IMG/VR virus record: IMGVR_UViG_3300045988_166613
Location: 87,720 to 151,719 of that record
Length of the DNA stretch: 64,000 bases
Reading direction: 5' to 3' (one strand)
Source of the DNA: a virus
A program made the translations under genes and the position numbers. Each line of letters starts with the position of its first letter. The first letter of the stretch is position 1. The notes under the pieces were generated by a model, which saw only the letters and a program-made list of their open reading frames with translations, ran no database searches and had not been told where the DNA came from. This document shows, one piece after another, positions 17,974-26,431 of the stretch.

Positions 17974-17988
17974 GGAGGATGATATAAA

Positions 17989-18186
17989 ATGTTGCTTAGA
18001 GAAATACAAAGTATAATATTAACATTTGATGATGGAAAAGAAGCACTAAAGAAATATCAAGAAATATTAGAGGACTATACAGTTATCGAACATAAAATGT
18101 ATAAGGATTATTCAGAAATATTTGAAAAATGGGTTTATAAAATATATTATGAAAAAGATACTTTGAAATTAAACAAAAACTATTAA
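17989..18186 (+). CDS. hypothetical protein
   Basis: SD AAGGAGGA upstream. Confidence 0.55.
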   Translation: MLLREIQSIILTFDDGKEALKKYQEILEDYTVIEHKMYKDYSEIFEKWVYKIYYEKDTLKLNKNY

Positions 18187-18205
18187 ATGCAAAGGAGAAT
18201 TAATA

Positions 18206-18376
18206 ATGGATGAAATAGAATTTATAGAACAATTTTTAGGTATGAAGTTAAAATTCTATCAAAAAATACTTTTAAAAAAGTATAACTTTGATATAAAAAT
18301 ACCAAGACATAATAATGAAAAGGCGATTAGGTTGTTAATAGATAAAATATTGAACGGAGAGAATAATAATGAATAA
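18206..18376 (+). CDS. hypothetical protein (56 aa, below track cutoff)
   Basis: SD AAAGGAGA upstream. Overlaps the next start. Confidence 0.45.
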   Translation: MDEIEFIEQFLGMKLKFYQKILLKKYNFDIKIPRHNNEKAIRLLIDKILNGENNNE

Positions 18377-18647
18377 GAATAAAATATTAGATTGGCATAG
18401 ATGGTATGAAGATGATAATTATGTAATAATTGAAAATTTATATGAAGAAAATGGTATTATTAAATCTGAATTTATGTTAGGTATATATAAAGGGGATAAA
18501 TGCACTTCAAAATATAAATATAAATTTAATACCGAATCCATAGGAAGATCAACCTTTATAAAATTAAAAAATATAAAGTCAGATTATGAAATACAAAAAT
18601 ATATATATTATTTAATTAAGAAAACTGAATGTTTAACAAAAATATAA
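18369..18647 (+). CDS. hypothetical protein
   Basis: Packed open frame with SD GGAGAG upstream. Confidence 0.55.
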   Translation: MNKNKILDWHRWYEDDNYVIIENLYEENGIIKSEFMLGIYKGDKCTSKYKYKFNTESIGRSTFIKLKNIKSDYEIQKYIYYLIKKTECLTKI

Positions 18648-18718
18648 ATTTCAAATATTTATATTTTAGAAGTAAATAAAATCATACTTTTAAAGAAATG
18701 AGAGGAGGAGATGTTTTG

Positions 18719-18964
18719 ATGGAAATAACAAAAAATGATTTTGCTTATTTAAAAGAAAAAATAGAATTTGGGGATTTAAGAATTAAAGATTATGGGGAAA
18801 TAAAATATAACTATTGTCCTAAATATTGGGGATTAAAAGATTACTCAACTAATCCTAATAGAAGTTGTAATCAAGACATAGAAGACTGTTTCTTGTGTTG
18901 GGAAGAAAAATTAACAAAAAAGGAATTAAGAAAATATAATAAATTAAAGTTAGAGGTGAAATAA
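18719..18964 (+). CDS. hypothetical protein
   Basis: ATG at 18719 follows GAGGAGGAG. Its stop overlaps the methylase start. Confidence 0.55.
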   Translation: MEITKNDFAYLKEKIEFGDLRIKDYGEIKYNYCPKYWGLKDYSTNPNRSCNQDIEDCFLCWEEKLTKKELRKYNKLKLEVK

Positions 18965-19647
18965 TGTTAATACATAATAATTCAATTGAATATTTAAAAG
19001 AGATGAAGGAGTGTAGCGTTGATTTAATAGTTACAGATCCTCCATACAAAACTATAACTGGAGGAAATAGTGATGGAGCTAACTCTAAAAGACCTCAAGG
19101 TATGTTAGATGGGAATAGAAAATTATTCAAACATCAAAAATTAAAAATATCAGATTGGATGGGTGACATATATAGAGTTTTAAAAGAAGGTTCTCATTGT
19201 TATATAATGACAAATAGTTTAAATATGGAGGAAATGTTAACTGAAAGTAGGAAAGCAGGTTTTAAACTTCACAATATTCTAGTGTGGGAGAAAAATAATT
19301 GCACACCATCTCAATTTTATATGAAGAATTGTGAATATACTTTATTCCTAAGAAAAGGGAAAGCTAAATGGATAAATGATATAGGTGGAAGCAAAACAGT
19401 ACATAAATACAATAATATAATAGGAAAGAAAACACATCCATGTGAAAAGCCAGTAGAATTAATGGAGTTTTATATCAAAAATTCATCGAATGAAGGAGAT
19501 GTTGTACTAGATCCATTTATGGGAACTGGTAGTGTTGGAGTAGCTTGTTTAAATACCAATAGGAAGTTTATAGGAATAGAATTAGATGATAAATATTTTG
19601 ATATAGCGAAAGAAAGAATAGAAATGATAAATAAGGAAGCATGTTAA
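18964..19647 (+). CDS. orphan DNA methyltransferase (N6-adenine/N4-cytosine, beta class)
   Basis: 'DLIVTDPPY' catalytic motif comes first, then the AdoMet motif 'VLDPFMGTGSVGVA' near the C-terminus. No adjacent restriction enzyme recognised. Confidence 0.85.
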   Translation: MLIHNNSIEYLKEMKECSVDLIVTDPPYKTITGGNSDGANSKRPQGMLDGNRKLFKHQKLKISDWMGDIYRVLKEGSHCYIMTNSLNMEEMLTESRKAGFKLHNILVWEKNNCTPSQFYMKNCEYTLFLRKGKAKWINDIGGSKTVHKYNNIIGKKTHPCEKPVELMEFYIKNSSNEGDVVLDPFMGTGSVGVACLNTNRKFIGIELDDKYFDIAKERIEMINKEAC

Positions 19648-19648
19648 A

Positions 19649-19855
19649 ATGGTAGAAATAACTTATGATTTGAACGGATCAAATATTAAATACATATTTT
19701 ATGATGATAGAGGTAAAGAAGAATACTATATAGATAATAATTTAGTAGAGGTAAGTTATCTTAATGAAAGCATAGATGAATACATTAGAGAAATGAAAGA
19801 AGGTTTAGAGATATTAAAATTAGTAAATAATATAACAAATGTTGAAATAAATTAA
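19649..19855 (+). CDS. hypothetical protein
   Basis: Starts 1 nt after the methylase stop. Its last codons and stop lie inside the AT-rich box. Confidence 0.5.
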   Translation: MVEITYDLNGSNIKYIFYDDRGKEEYYIDNNLVEVSYLNESIDEYIREMKEGLEILKLVNNITNVEIN

Positions 19856-19891
19856 ATAATTGATTGACATTTGTTATAATGAGAGTATAAT
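19841..19891 (+). promoter_or_regulatory. AT-rich box + sigmaA promoter
   Basis: GTTGAAATAAATTAAATAATTGA is fused to TTGACA-N16-TATAAT. Confidence 0.7.
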
Positions 19892-19955
19892 AGTAGATGT
19901 TAAGAGAATTTTAACACATATTTAAAAATAAATCAAAGAATAGAGAGGAATATAT

Positions 19956-20612
19956 ATGAAAGTAGAAATATTAAAAGTTAGTGGAATCAACGAAGCGTTA
20001 TTTGGCATGAGAAACCCACTTAATAGCTGGGGTTTAAGTGATACAAAAGATGATATAATAGGTGAAAAAGATTTAAAGCTAGCTCAAAGATTAATAGATG
20101 GTGGAACAGAACATTGTAAATTTATGAGACAAATTCAAGTGTGGTTAAATATAACTGCACCGAGATATTGGTGGTCAGAGTTTGATACATATAAAATAGG
20201 AACGAGCGCTAATAGTACAAGCACAATGCATAAATTATTTGATAAGAAAACCGAAATAAAAGTTAATATGTTTGAAGTACATAGTGATTTTGAGAGGAAA
20301 ATAATAAATGAATTAATTAAAGAGTTAAATGTATTAAGAGATAGTTATTTTAAAGCAACAACTCAACAAGAAAAGGATTTAATATTGGTTACAGCTAAGA
20401 GAATACTTTCAGAAAGTTATTTAAATCTTAGAACAGTAAATTTAAACTATGCAGTATTAAGAAATATCATAATTCAAAGAAAGAATCATAGGTTAAAATA
20501 TGAGTGGCAAGAATGTTTTTGTAGAGAAATAACTAAGCTGCCTTATGCTAAACAACTTATATTCTATGGTATAGAAGAAGATTATGAGAGATTAAAAGGA
20601 GAAAATAACTAA
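19956..20612 (+). CDS. divergent ThyX (Thy1)-like protein lacking the RHR signature
   Basis: Collinear with ThyX: 'EHCKFMRQIQVWLNITAPRYWWSEFDTYKIGTSANSTSTMH' versus T. maritima '[36 protein letters not shown]'. RHR is replaced by TYK, and S.RY by STMH. Confidence 0.55.
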   Translation: MKVEILKVSGINEALFGMRNPLNSWGLSDTKDDIIGEKDLKLAQRLIDGGTEHCKFMRQIQVWLNITAPRYWWSEFDTYKIGTSANSTSTMHKLFDKKTEIKVNMFEVHSDFERKIINELIKELNVLRDSYFKATTQQEKDLILVTAKRILSESYLNLRTVNLNYAVLRNIIIQRKNHRLKYEWQECFCREITKLPYAKQLIFYGIEEDYERLKGENN

Positions 20613-21469
20613 TGATAATAGATTGTAAAAAGATAAGAGAAGAAATAAAACAAGAATTGAAGAAAAAGGATTTAAGCAAGATAAAAGGAGTTTTTATTCA
20701 GATAGGAGATAATCAAGCTAGTAACTTATATGTTAATAACAAATGTAAGTTATGCAAGGAATTAGGAATAGATTATGAATATATTAAACTAGATGAGAAT
20801 ATATCTGAAGAGGAATTATTAAATATAATAGATATGTTAAACAAAACTAAATGTGTAACGGGGATAATGGTACAATTGCCATTACCAAAGCATATAAGTG
20901 AGGAAAAAGTTATAAATGCTATAGATCCTAATAAAGATATAGATGGATTTACTAATGTGAACAAAGGTAAATTAATGATAGGAGATGAAACTGGAATTAT
21001 TCCATGCACTCCGCAAGGAATAATAACAACCTTAGAACATGAAAATATAGATGTTGAAGGTAAAAATGTAGTTATAGTAGGAAGAAGTAATATAGTAGGT
21101 AAACCACTAGCACAATTATTAATAAATAAAGGGGCTACGGTAACCGTTTGTAACAGTAAAACTGATAGAGAAGTATTAAAACAACAAATCATTCTTTCTG
21201 ATATATTTATCAGTGCTATAGGACAACCTAATTACTTTAATAAAAGCTTTTTCATGGAAAATGATAATAATTTTTATCCAGAATTTTTAGAAAATATAAT
21301 AGCAATAGATGTGGGAATAAATAGAGATAAGAATAATAAGTTATGTGGGGATATTTCAAAAGATATTTATGATTATTTTGATAGTGTAACGCCAGTTCCT
21401 GGAGGCGTTGGTGTAATGACTGTCTTAGAGCTTGTAAGAAATCTAATAAAGTGTGGTGAGAATAATTAA
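20612..21469 (+). CDS. folD: bifunctional methylene-THF dehydrogenase/methenyl-THF cyclohydrolase
   Basis: Full-length similarity to FolD: 'GIMVQLPLP', 'DKDIDGF', 'PCTPQGI', 'VVIVGRSNIVGKP', 'TPVPGGVGVMTV'. The start overlaps the thyX-like stop (TAATG). Confidence 0.9.
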   Translation: MIIDCKKIREEIKQELKKKDLSKIKGVFIQIGDNQASNLYVNNKCKLCKELGIDYEYIKLDENISEEELLNIIDMLNKTKCVTGIMVQLPLPKHISEEKVINAIDPNKDIDGFTNVNKGKLMIGDETGIIPCTPQGIITTLEHENIDVEGKNVVIVGRSNIVGKPLAQLLINKGATVTVCNSKTDREVLKQQIILSDIFISAIGQPNYFNKSFFMENDNNFYPEFLENIIAIDVGINRDKNNKLCGDISKDIYDYFDSVTPVPGGVGVMTVLELVRNLIKCGENN

Positions 21470-21764
21470 TACAAATGAAATTAAAGAGCTTAGAGGGGTA
21501 TTCCCTCATGAGCTTAATAAAAATAAATTAAAGAATTACTTATACTTACACAGTGATGATGTTAAAGAAGGTTTTATAAATGAAACTTTAGTTTGGTATA
21601 AGAATAATACTTATAATAGAGAGATTTTCAAAGAGGATAAGGTAGAAAGAGAAGATATAATTACTAAAGTTAAACTTAAAGGAAGAGAGTTTGAAAAAGA
21701 GATTATACATAAGATAAAAACTGGAATAATAAAAGATTGGTATCAACTAGCATTAGTTTTATAA
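21453..21764 (+). CDS. hypothetical protein (doubtful 5' end)
   Basis: 103-codon open frame, but with a GTG start and no SD. A hairpin and a copy of the AT-rich box lie inside its first 30 codons. Confidence 0.35.
   Translation: MVRIINTNEIKELRGVFPHELNKNKLKNYLYLHSDDVKEGFINETLVWYKNNTYNREIFKEDKVEREDIITKVKLKGREFEKEIIHKIKTGIIKDWYQLALVL
21487..21514 (+). terminator. hairpin after folD
   Basis: AGCT..GAGGG(gtatt)CCCTC..AGCT: stems of 4 and 5 bp with an internal loop. Confidence 0.3.
21519..21537 (+). repeat. AT-rich box copy (inside the predicted ORF 21453..21764)
   Basis: AAAATAAATTAAAGAATTA. Confidence 0.5.
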
Positions 21765-21784
21765 AATTTATTTAATGGATATAG

Positions 21785-21813
21785 TTGCAAATAAAACGGA
21801 AAATAGGTATAAT
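21785..21813 (+). promoter_or_regulatory. sigmaA promoter
   Basis: TTGCAA-N17-TATAAT. Confidence 0.7.
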
Positions 21814-21819
21814 CAAATA

Positions 21820-21833
21820 AGAACATATGTTCG
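21820..21833 (+). promoter_or_regulatory. LexA (Cheo/SOS) box
   Basis: AGAACATATGTTCG contains the perfect palindrome GAAC-ATAT-GTTC. It matches the Gram-positive consensus CGAACRNRYGTTYC and starts 7 nt after the -10. Confidence 0.6.
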
Positions 21834-21958
21834 CACTTAAAGGTATATAATTTCATAGTGCCTCTGTAATTATATTAATATTAGATTACCTATACAAGGT
21901 TATAAGTAACTTAAAATTAGTATTAAGTAATTTATTTTTAGAAAATGGTAATTTAATA

Positions 21959-21987
21959 TTGAAATTAGTAAATATATGTAGTATATT
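21959..21987 (+). promoter_or_regulatory. second, gene-proximal promoter
   Basis: TTGAAA-N17-TATATT, about 20 nt upstream of the ATG at 22008. Confidence 0.45.
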
Positions 21988-22007
21988 AAATATGAGGAGG
22001 AGATATT

Positions 22008-22832
22008 ATGAAATATGAAAGCAAACCGAAGCCAAACAGTCAAGGATTAAGTATGAAAACATCCAAACCAGCTATGTATTGCATAGATTCCGTAGCAGAG
22101 GGAGCTAATAGAATAGGAGTTTCCATAGGAGAAAATTTCAATTGTACTAAAGCTTCAATAATTAGAGATATGATTGAGGCAGCGATAATATCTAATGCTA
22201 ATATATTAACCATAGAAGATAGAACTTTTTCTATAAGAGAACTTATAGAGATTGAAAACCCAGATATGAACAATATAACAAACATTATGGATATTGTATT
22301 GGATAGTAAAAAGGATTATATAGAAATAAAAGAAAATTTCAAAAATTTTATATTAAAAACAACTTATGAAATTTTTTATGAGATGAAAGAAGATATAAAA
22401 GATGAATTGGAACTAAATAAAGAAGACATTGAAAATTATGATTCAATTATTAATGATTTTAATTTCATAATTGAATCTTATAGAAGCACTAGAGAGAAAA
22501 GAGAATTTGAGGAGATCTATTTAAAAGACTTCACGGAATCTGTAGACGAGGTCATTTGTAGAATTGATGATTTAGAAGATTTTGTGTCTGAAAATGATTT
22601 GCTTTGTGATGATTTTGAAAAAAGATTTAAAGACAAGATTAAATCCTTACCAAGATATAATCAAATTAAACCATTATATTTTTATGATAAATTTAGATAT
22701 AAAAACATAACTACACAACTAAAATATACTGTAAAGTTGTGGTACAGATACTTACATTTTTATTCTGTTGGAAGAAATGAAGAACTTACTTATGGTGATT
22801 TTGAAGAACAAATATTTAATTTTATAAAATAA
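22008..22832 (+). CDS. hypothetical protein (possible N-terminal ribbon-helix-helix)
   Basis: SD GAGGAGGAG upstream. N-terminal 'KPAMYCIDSVAEGANRIGVSIGENFNCTKASIIRDMIEAAI' has an RHH-like pattern. The rest is acidic and helical. Confidence 0.55.
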   Translation: MKYESKPKPNSQGLSMKTSKPAMYCIDSVAEGANRIGVSIGENFNCTKASIIRDMIEAAIISNANILTIEDRTFSIRELIEIENPDMNNITNIMDIVLDSKKDYIEIKENFKNFILKTTYEIFYEMKEDIKDELELNKEDIENYDSIINDFNFIIESYRSTREKREFEEIYLKDFTESVDEVICRIDDLEDFVSENDLLCDDFEKRFKDKIKSLPRYNQIKPLYFYDKFRYKNITTQLKYTVKLWYRYLHFYSVGRNEELTYGDFEEQIFNFIK

Positions 22833-22841
22833 TTATTATAA

Positions 22842-22866
22842 AAGGGAGTATCTCTTTTACTCCCTT
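22842..22866 (+). terminator. terminator-like hairpin
   Basis: AAGGGAGTA/TACTCCCTT: perfect 9-bp stem with a 7-nt loop. Confidence 0.45.
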
Positions 22867-22894
22867 AATTATAAAGTGGGAGAGGGAGATACAT

Positions 22895-23197
22895 ATGACA
22901 AACTTAAATTTTAAAATTTACGATGAGATATTTATAGATCCAGAGGAATTCTTTAGTAAGACTAAAAATAAAGAACTTAATTTAGAAAGATTTATCTATG
23001 ATAATGAATCTGTTTATCTAAAACAAAGCATGAACGGATATGATTTTAGATGTTTATTAAGTGGAATTATGGAAGATGTTGAAGCTGAGAAAGAATACAT
23101 AGTAATAGCTAAAGTGAATGATGGAATTATGATAAGACATAAGGTTAGAGATGAGTTTGAGGATGAGTTTATTAATGAGTGGTTCTTAAAGTGTTAA
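22895..23197 (+). CDS. hypothetical protein
   Basis: SD GGGAGAGGGAG upstream. Confidence 0.6.
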   Translation: MTNLNFKIYDEIFIDPEEFFSKTKNKELNLERFIYDNESVYLKQSMNGYDFRCLLSGIMEDVEAEKEYIVIAKVNDGIMIRHKVRDEFEDEFINEWFLKC

Positions 23198-23291
23198 TAG
23201 ATAGTAAGTAATTGGTTTCAGTTTAAATAATTATTTGGTTAATATTAAACTAAAGCTAATTACTTATAAATAAATAGTAATCTTATAATAA

Positions 23292-23579
23292 ATGAAAGAA
23301 GTGATAATACATATGGTAAAATTAAATGAAAAATCAAGAAAAGAATTATGGGAAGATATGAACAATATTGAGTTCAGAATAAACAGTTTAAAGAGTATTT
23401 TTCAAAATGAAATACCAATAGAAAAACAAATGTTGAATGATTTTATAAGTGAAAAAGAAGATATAATAGATAGATTAAAAGAGATAGAATATAAATTTAA
23501 AACACAAATTAAAGCTGAAGAATTATATCAAAAGATAATTAAAGATTTAAAAATTGGAAAAGAAGTGGTTAGAAGATAA
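23292..23579 (+). CDS. hypothetical coiled-coil protein
   Basis: Open frame. The start could instead be the ATG at 23313. Confidence 0.5.
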   Translation: MKEVIIHMVKLNEKSRKELWEDMNNIEFRINSLKSIFQNEIPIEKQMLNDFISEKEDIIDRLKEIEYKFKTQIKAEELYQKIIKDLKIGKEVVRR

Positions 23580-23603
23580 AAGAGTGAAATATATTTGTAA
23601 TAA

Positions 23604-23966
23604 ATGAAAGGAATGAAGCCGTTGGATAATAAAAATATTTGGACAGTAGAAGATTTTGTAAAAAATATTTATATTAGAAAAGGTGTAGATAATTTAAATT
23701 TTGGAACACTAGCAAGTCGATTAAAAATCAATATGGAAGACATCATTTATATTTGTTCTATATTAGAAAAGAAAGGCAAAATCAATTATCAATATGATGT
23801 CAGAGATAATCAAAAGAAGTTATTACATAAAGATGAAAGTTTAAGAGATGCAATATTTAAAGCTAAAGAATTGTTAGGGGAAAGAGAGAATTTTCTTGAT
23901 AATGTGTATATATCAATTAAACTTACAAAAGAATATAAAAACTTCTTAGATGATATGAAGAAATAA
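23604..23966 (+). CDS. hypothetical protein (possible winged-helix)
   Basis: 'FGTLASRLKINMEDIIYICSILEKKGKI' is wHTH-like. This reading is weak. Confidence 0.45.
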   Translation: MKGMKPLDNKNIWTVEDFVKNIYIRKGVDNLNFGTLASRLKINMEDIIYICSILEKKGKINYQYDVRDNQKKLLHKDESLRDAIFKAKELLGERENFLDNVYISIKLTKEYKNFLDDMKK

Positions 23967-23981
23967 ACAATAAATTGGAAA

Positions 23982-24008
23982 TTTTAAATAAATCAAATAA
24001 TTAATACA
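23982..24008 (+). repeat. AT-rich intergenic box, stand-alone copy (variant)
   Basis: TTTTAAATAAATCAAATAATTAATACA runs into SD AAGGAGAG. Nearly identical to the copy at 11964. Confidence 0.55.
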
Positions 24009-24023
24009 TAAGGAGAGATTATA

Positions 24024-24206
24024 ATGGAATATAAAGCAATATGTATCAAGGGAACTAGAGAAAAGATACTTCTTACAAAAAATAAAATTTACAATATCAA
24101 AATACAAGACGATGATTTAAAATGGTGTTTTGTAATATGTAATGATGGAGTCGAAAGAGGGTTTTTACAAAATAGGTTTAAAATAGTAGGTGAAGATAAT
24201 GATTAG
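24024..24206 (+). CDS. hypothetical protein
   Basis: SD AAGGAGAG upstream. Confidence 0.55.
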   Translation: MEYKAICIKGTREKILLTKNKIYNIKIQDDDLKWCFVICNDGVERGFLQNRFKIVGEDND

Positions 24207-24459
24207 TAAGAAATATTGGAATAGTAGTAATTTAAGTAATAGTACAACCGAAGAATTTAAATATTTAGATAGAATAGATAGCTTAGAATATGAGATTTCA
24301 GAAGCAAAAGATAATTTAAGTAGAATAAATATGTATGAATATTACAATATAAAAAATAATAAAGAAAGAATTGAAATAGATTTTAGTGAAATACAAAATA
24401 AACTTGAAGAAGTTTCTAAATTAATCAAGGTCAAATTAAAAGAAATAAAACAAAGATAG
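24199..24459 (+). CDS. hypothetical protein
   Basis: ATG at 24199 follows AGGTGAAG. Confidence 0.5.
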   Translation: MISKKYWNSSNLSNSTTEEFKYLDRIDSLEYEISEAKDNLSRINMYEYYNIKNNKERIEIDFSEIQNKLEEVSKLIKVKLKEIKQR

Positions 24460-24467
24460 GAGTATGA

Positions 24468-24710
24468 ATGAATAGAGTATATACAGGGATAAAAGATTGT
24501 AATGGAAAACCAATATATAGTGATGATAAAGTTAAATATACATATTTAAGATGTGGCAAAGTCAGTTTTGAAAATATTTGTAGTGTTGAATGGGGATATG
24601 ATGATGTAGAACAAAAAGAAGGATGGATGATTGGAGGAGATTTATTAAGTACAATAGGTGAATATGACACAAAGAAAAGTAAAGAGATAGTAGAAGTTAT
24701 AATAAATTAA
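24468..24710 (+). CDS. YopX-like domain protein (short)
   Basis: 'YTGIKDCNGKPIYSDDKV' resembles the YopX core TGLkDknGkeIyeGD. Confidence 0.45.
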   Translation: MNRVYTGIKDCNGKPIYSDDKVKYTYLRCGKVSFENICSVEWGYDDVEQKEGWMIGGDLLSTIGEYDTKKSKEIVEVIIN

Positions 24711-24740
24711 AGGATTAATTAAAAAGATAGGAGAAATAAA

Positions 24741-25322
24741 ATGTATAATAAAATTTATTTTAAATATGGAACAATGTTTAGTGGTAAAAGTTTAAACTTA
24801 ATTTCTACTGCAAAAACCTATAAATTTAATGGTAATAATGTTTTTATTATAAAAGCAAAGCAAGATAGTAGAGATTGTGGAATTATAAAGTCGAGAATGT
24901 CCAATGAAGAGTTGAAGTGTTACATAGTTGATAAGGATATGGATGATCTTAGTTTAATATTTAAAGATAAGTCAAATTTAGACTTAGACATAATTTTAAT
25001 TGATGAAGTTCAATTTTTAACAGTAAAACAAATAGAATCTTTAGTTAAATTATCTGAAATAGCACCTATAATTTGCTATGGATTAAAAAGTAGTTACACA
25101 GGGGATTTATTCCCTTCCATAGCAAAACTATTATCTATTGCAGAGGATATTCAAGAAATCAAAACTACTTGTGGATATTGTAATAAGAAAGCTACACATA
25201 ATTTATTATTAAGAAATGGAAAACCAGTTCATAACGGTGATATGGTAAACGTAGAAGGTAGCAATGTTAATGAAGAATATCAGCAAGTATGTAGATACCA
25301 TTTTTATAATTTAGGTAAATAA
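24741..25322 (+). CDS. tdk: thymidine kinase
   Basis: P-loop 'YGTMFSGKS', 'ILIDEVQF', C-terminal Zn ribbon 'CGYCNKKATHN...CRYH'. Confidence 0.9.
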   Translation: MYNKIYFKYGTMFSGKSLNLISTAKTYKFNGNNVFIIKAKQDSRDCGIIKSRMSNEELKCYIVDKDMDDLSLIFKDKSNLDLDIILIDEVQFLTVKQIESLVKLSEIAPIICYGLKSSYTGDLFPSIAKLLSIAEDIQEIKTTCGYCNKKATHNLLLRNGKPVHNGDMVNVEGSNVNEEYQQVCRYHFYNLGK

Positions 25323-25335
25323 GAGGTGATTTCTT

Positions 25336-25539
25336 ATGAAGAGAAAATTAAAAGAAGATTTAATATCAACTGGTAAATTTAGCATTATGTTGTTATCTGG
25401 TATATTTGCAATCATATTAATGTATTTAGTTAAAGATTGGACTATAAATAATAATTCTATTTGGAGTGGTATTATTGCATGTGTAACAATAGTCGGATTG
25501 AATGTAGGATTGTTTATATTAGGTAAAATATTGGAATAA
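25336..25539 (+). CDS. small membrane protein
   Basis: Two hydrophobic helices. Confidence 0.55.
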   Translation: MKRKLKEDLISTGKFSIMLLSGIFAIILMYLVKDWTINNNSIWSGIIACVTIVGLNVGLFILGKILE

Positions 25540-25542
25540 GAG

Positions 25543-25782
25543 GTGGTTATTATAGATAGAATAGCAAGAATTAAAAATGATATTAAAAAGGCAATGAGAA
25601 GTTTATGTGAATGGGTAGGATTATTTTTCTTTGTTAGTATAGGAGTAGATTTTGTTTTATGGCTTAACCAATTTGAAGTCTATAAGAGTAATTCTATATT
25701 AAAAATAATAATAGCTGTAGCGTTATGGATACATATAAATAAGGAGGAAAAAAGAATAAATGAGTACATATGTTATGAGTGA
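25543..25782 (+). CDS. small membrane protein
   Basis: Two hydrophobic helices. Start uncertain: GTG sits directly at the SD, and an in-frame ATG lies at 25594 (codon 18). Confidence 0.45.
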   Translation: MVIIDRIARIKNDIKKAMRSLCEWVGLFFFVSIGVDFVLWLNQFEVYKSNSILKIIIAVALWIHINKEEKRINEYICYE

Positions 25783-26428
25783 TATTCATGGGAATTATAC
25801 TAAGTTTTTAAAGATGTTAAAACTTATTGATTTTCAAAATGATGATGAATTATATATTTTAGGAGATATATTTGATAGAGGTAAACAACCATTTAATATA
25901 TTGGGGTATATATTAAAACATAAAAATATACATCTATTACAAGGAAATCATGAAGGATTTTTAATAGACTATGTGGATGGGTTTGAAGATGGGTATAGTT
26001 GGCATTGTAATGGAGGATTTAAAACCTATACACAATTCAATATGAAAACTCCAAAGCAACAACAATTTATTTATCAATATCTAAAAAGCAGACCTAAATA
26101 TGTAATATTAGAAGATAAATATATATTATCTCATGCTGGAATTTATATTCCTCCTAATGGTGATAGTTATGAATTAGAAACATTGGTTGATGTATTAGGT
26201 GATAATTTTTTATGGCATAGATACACAATAGGTAAAGAAAAATCTTATAGACATTATATTCAAATATGCGGTCATAATAGGGTTCAATCTATAGAAGAAG
26301 GTAGAAATACTATATTGCATAGAAAGGGGACAATTTATATAGATTGTGGAATAGATGTTAAAGGTGGACAACTTGGTTGTTTAAGATTAGATGAAGATTT
26401 AACTGAGTATTATGTTTGGGAGGAATAA
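25760..26428 (+). CDS. metallophosphoesterase (lambda-PPase/PrpE-like Ser/Thr phosphatase)
   Basis: 'SDIHGN', 'GDIFDRG' and 'GNHE' motifs in canonical order. Confidence 0.8.
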   Translation: MSTYVMSDIHGNYTKFLKMLKLIDFQNDDELYILGDIFDRGKQPFNILGYILKHKNIHLLQGNHEGFLIDYVDGFEDGYSWHCNGGFKTYTQFNMKTPKQQQFIYQYLKSRPKYVILEDKYILSHAGIYIPPNGDSYELETLVDVLGDNFLWHRYTIGKEKSYRHYIQICGHNRVQSIEEGRNTILHRKGTIYIDCGIDVKGGQLGCLRLDEDLTEYYVWEE

Positions 26429-26431
26429 TAA

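Noticed and set aside
23198-23291. Long AT-rich inverted repeat (TAAGTAATT ... AATTACTTA) and similar weak AT-only palindromes (5845-5859, 57211-57224), considered as origins or operators.
   Set aside because: They are short all-A/T stems with very large loops, which are expected by chance at this base composition. No iteron arrays or DnaA-box-like repeats accompany them.
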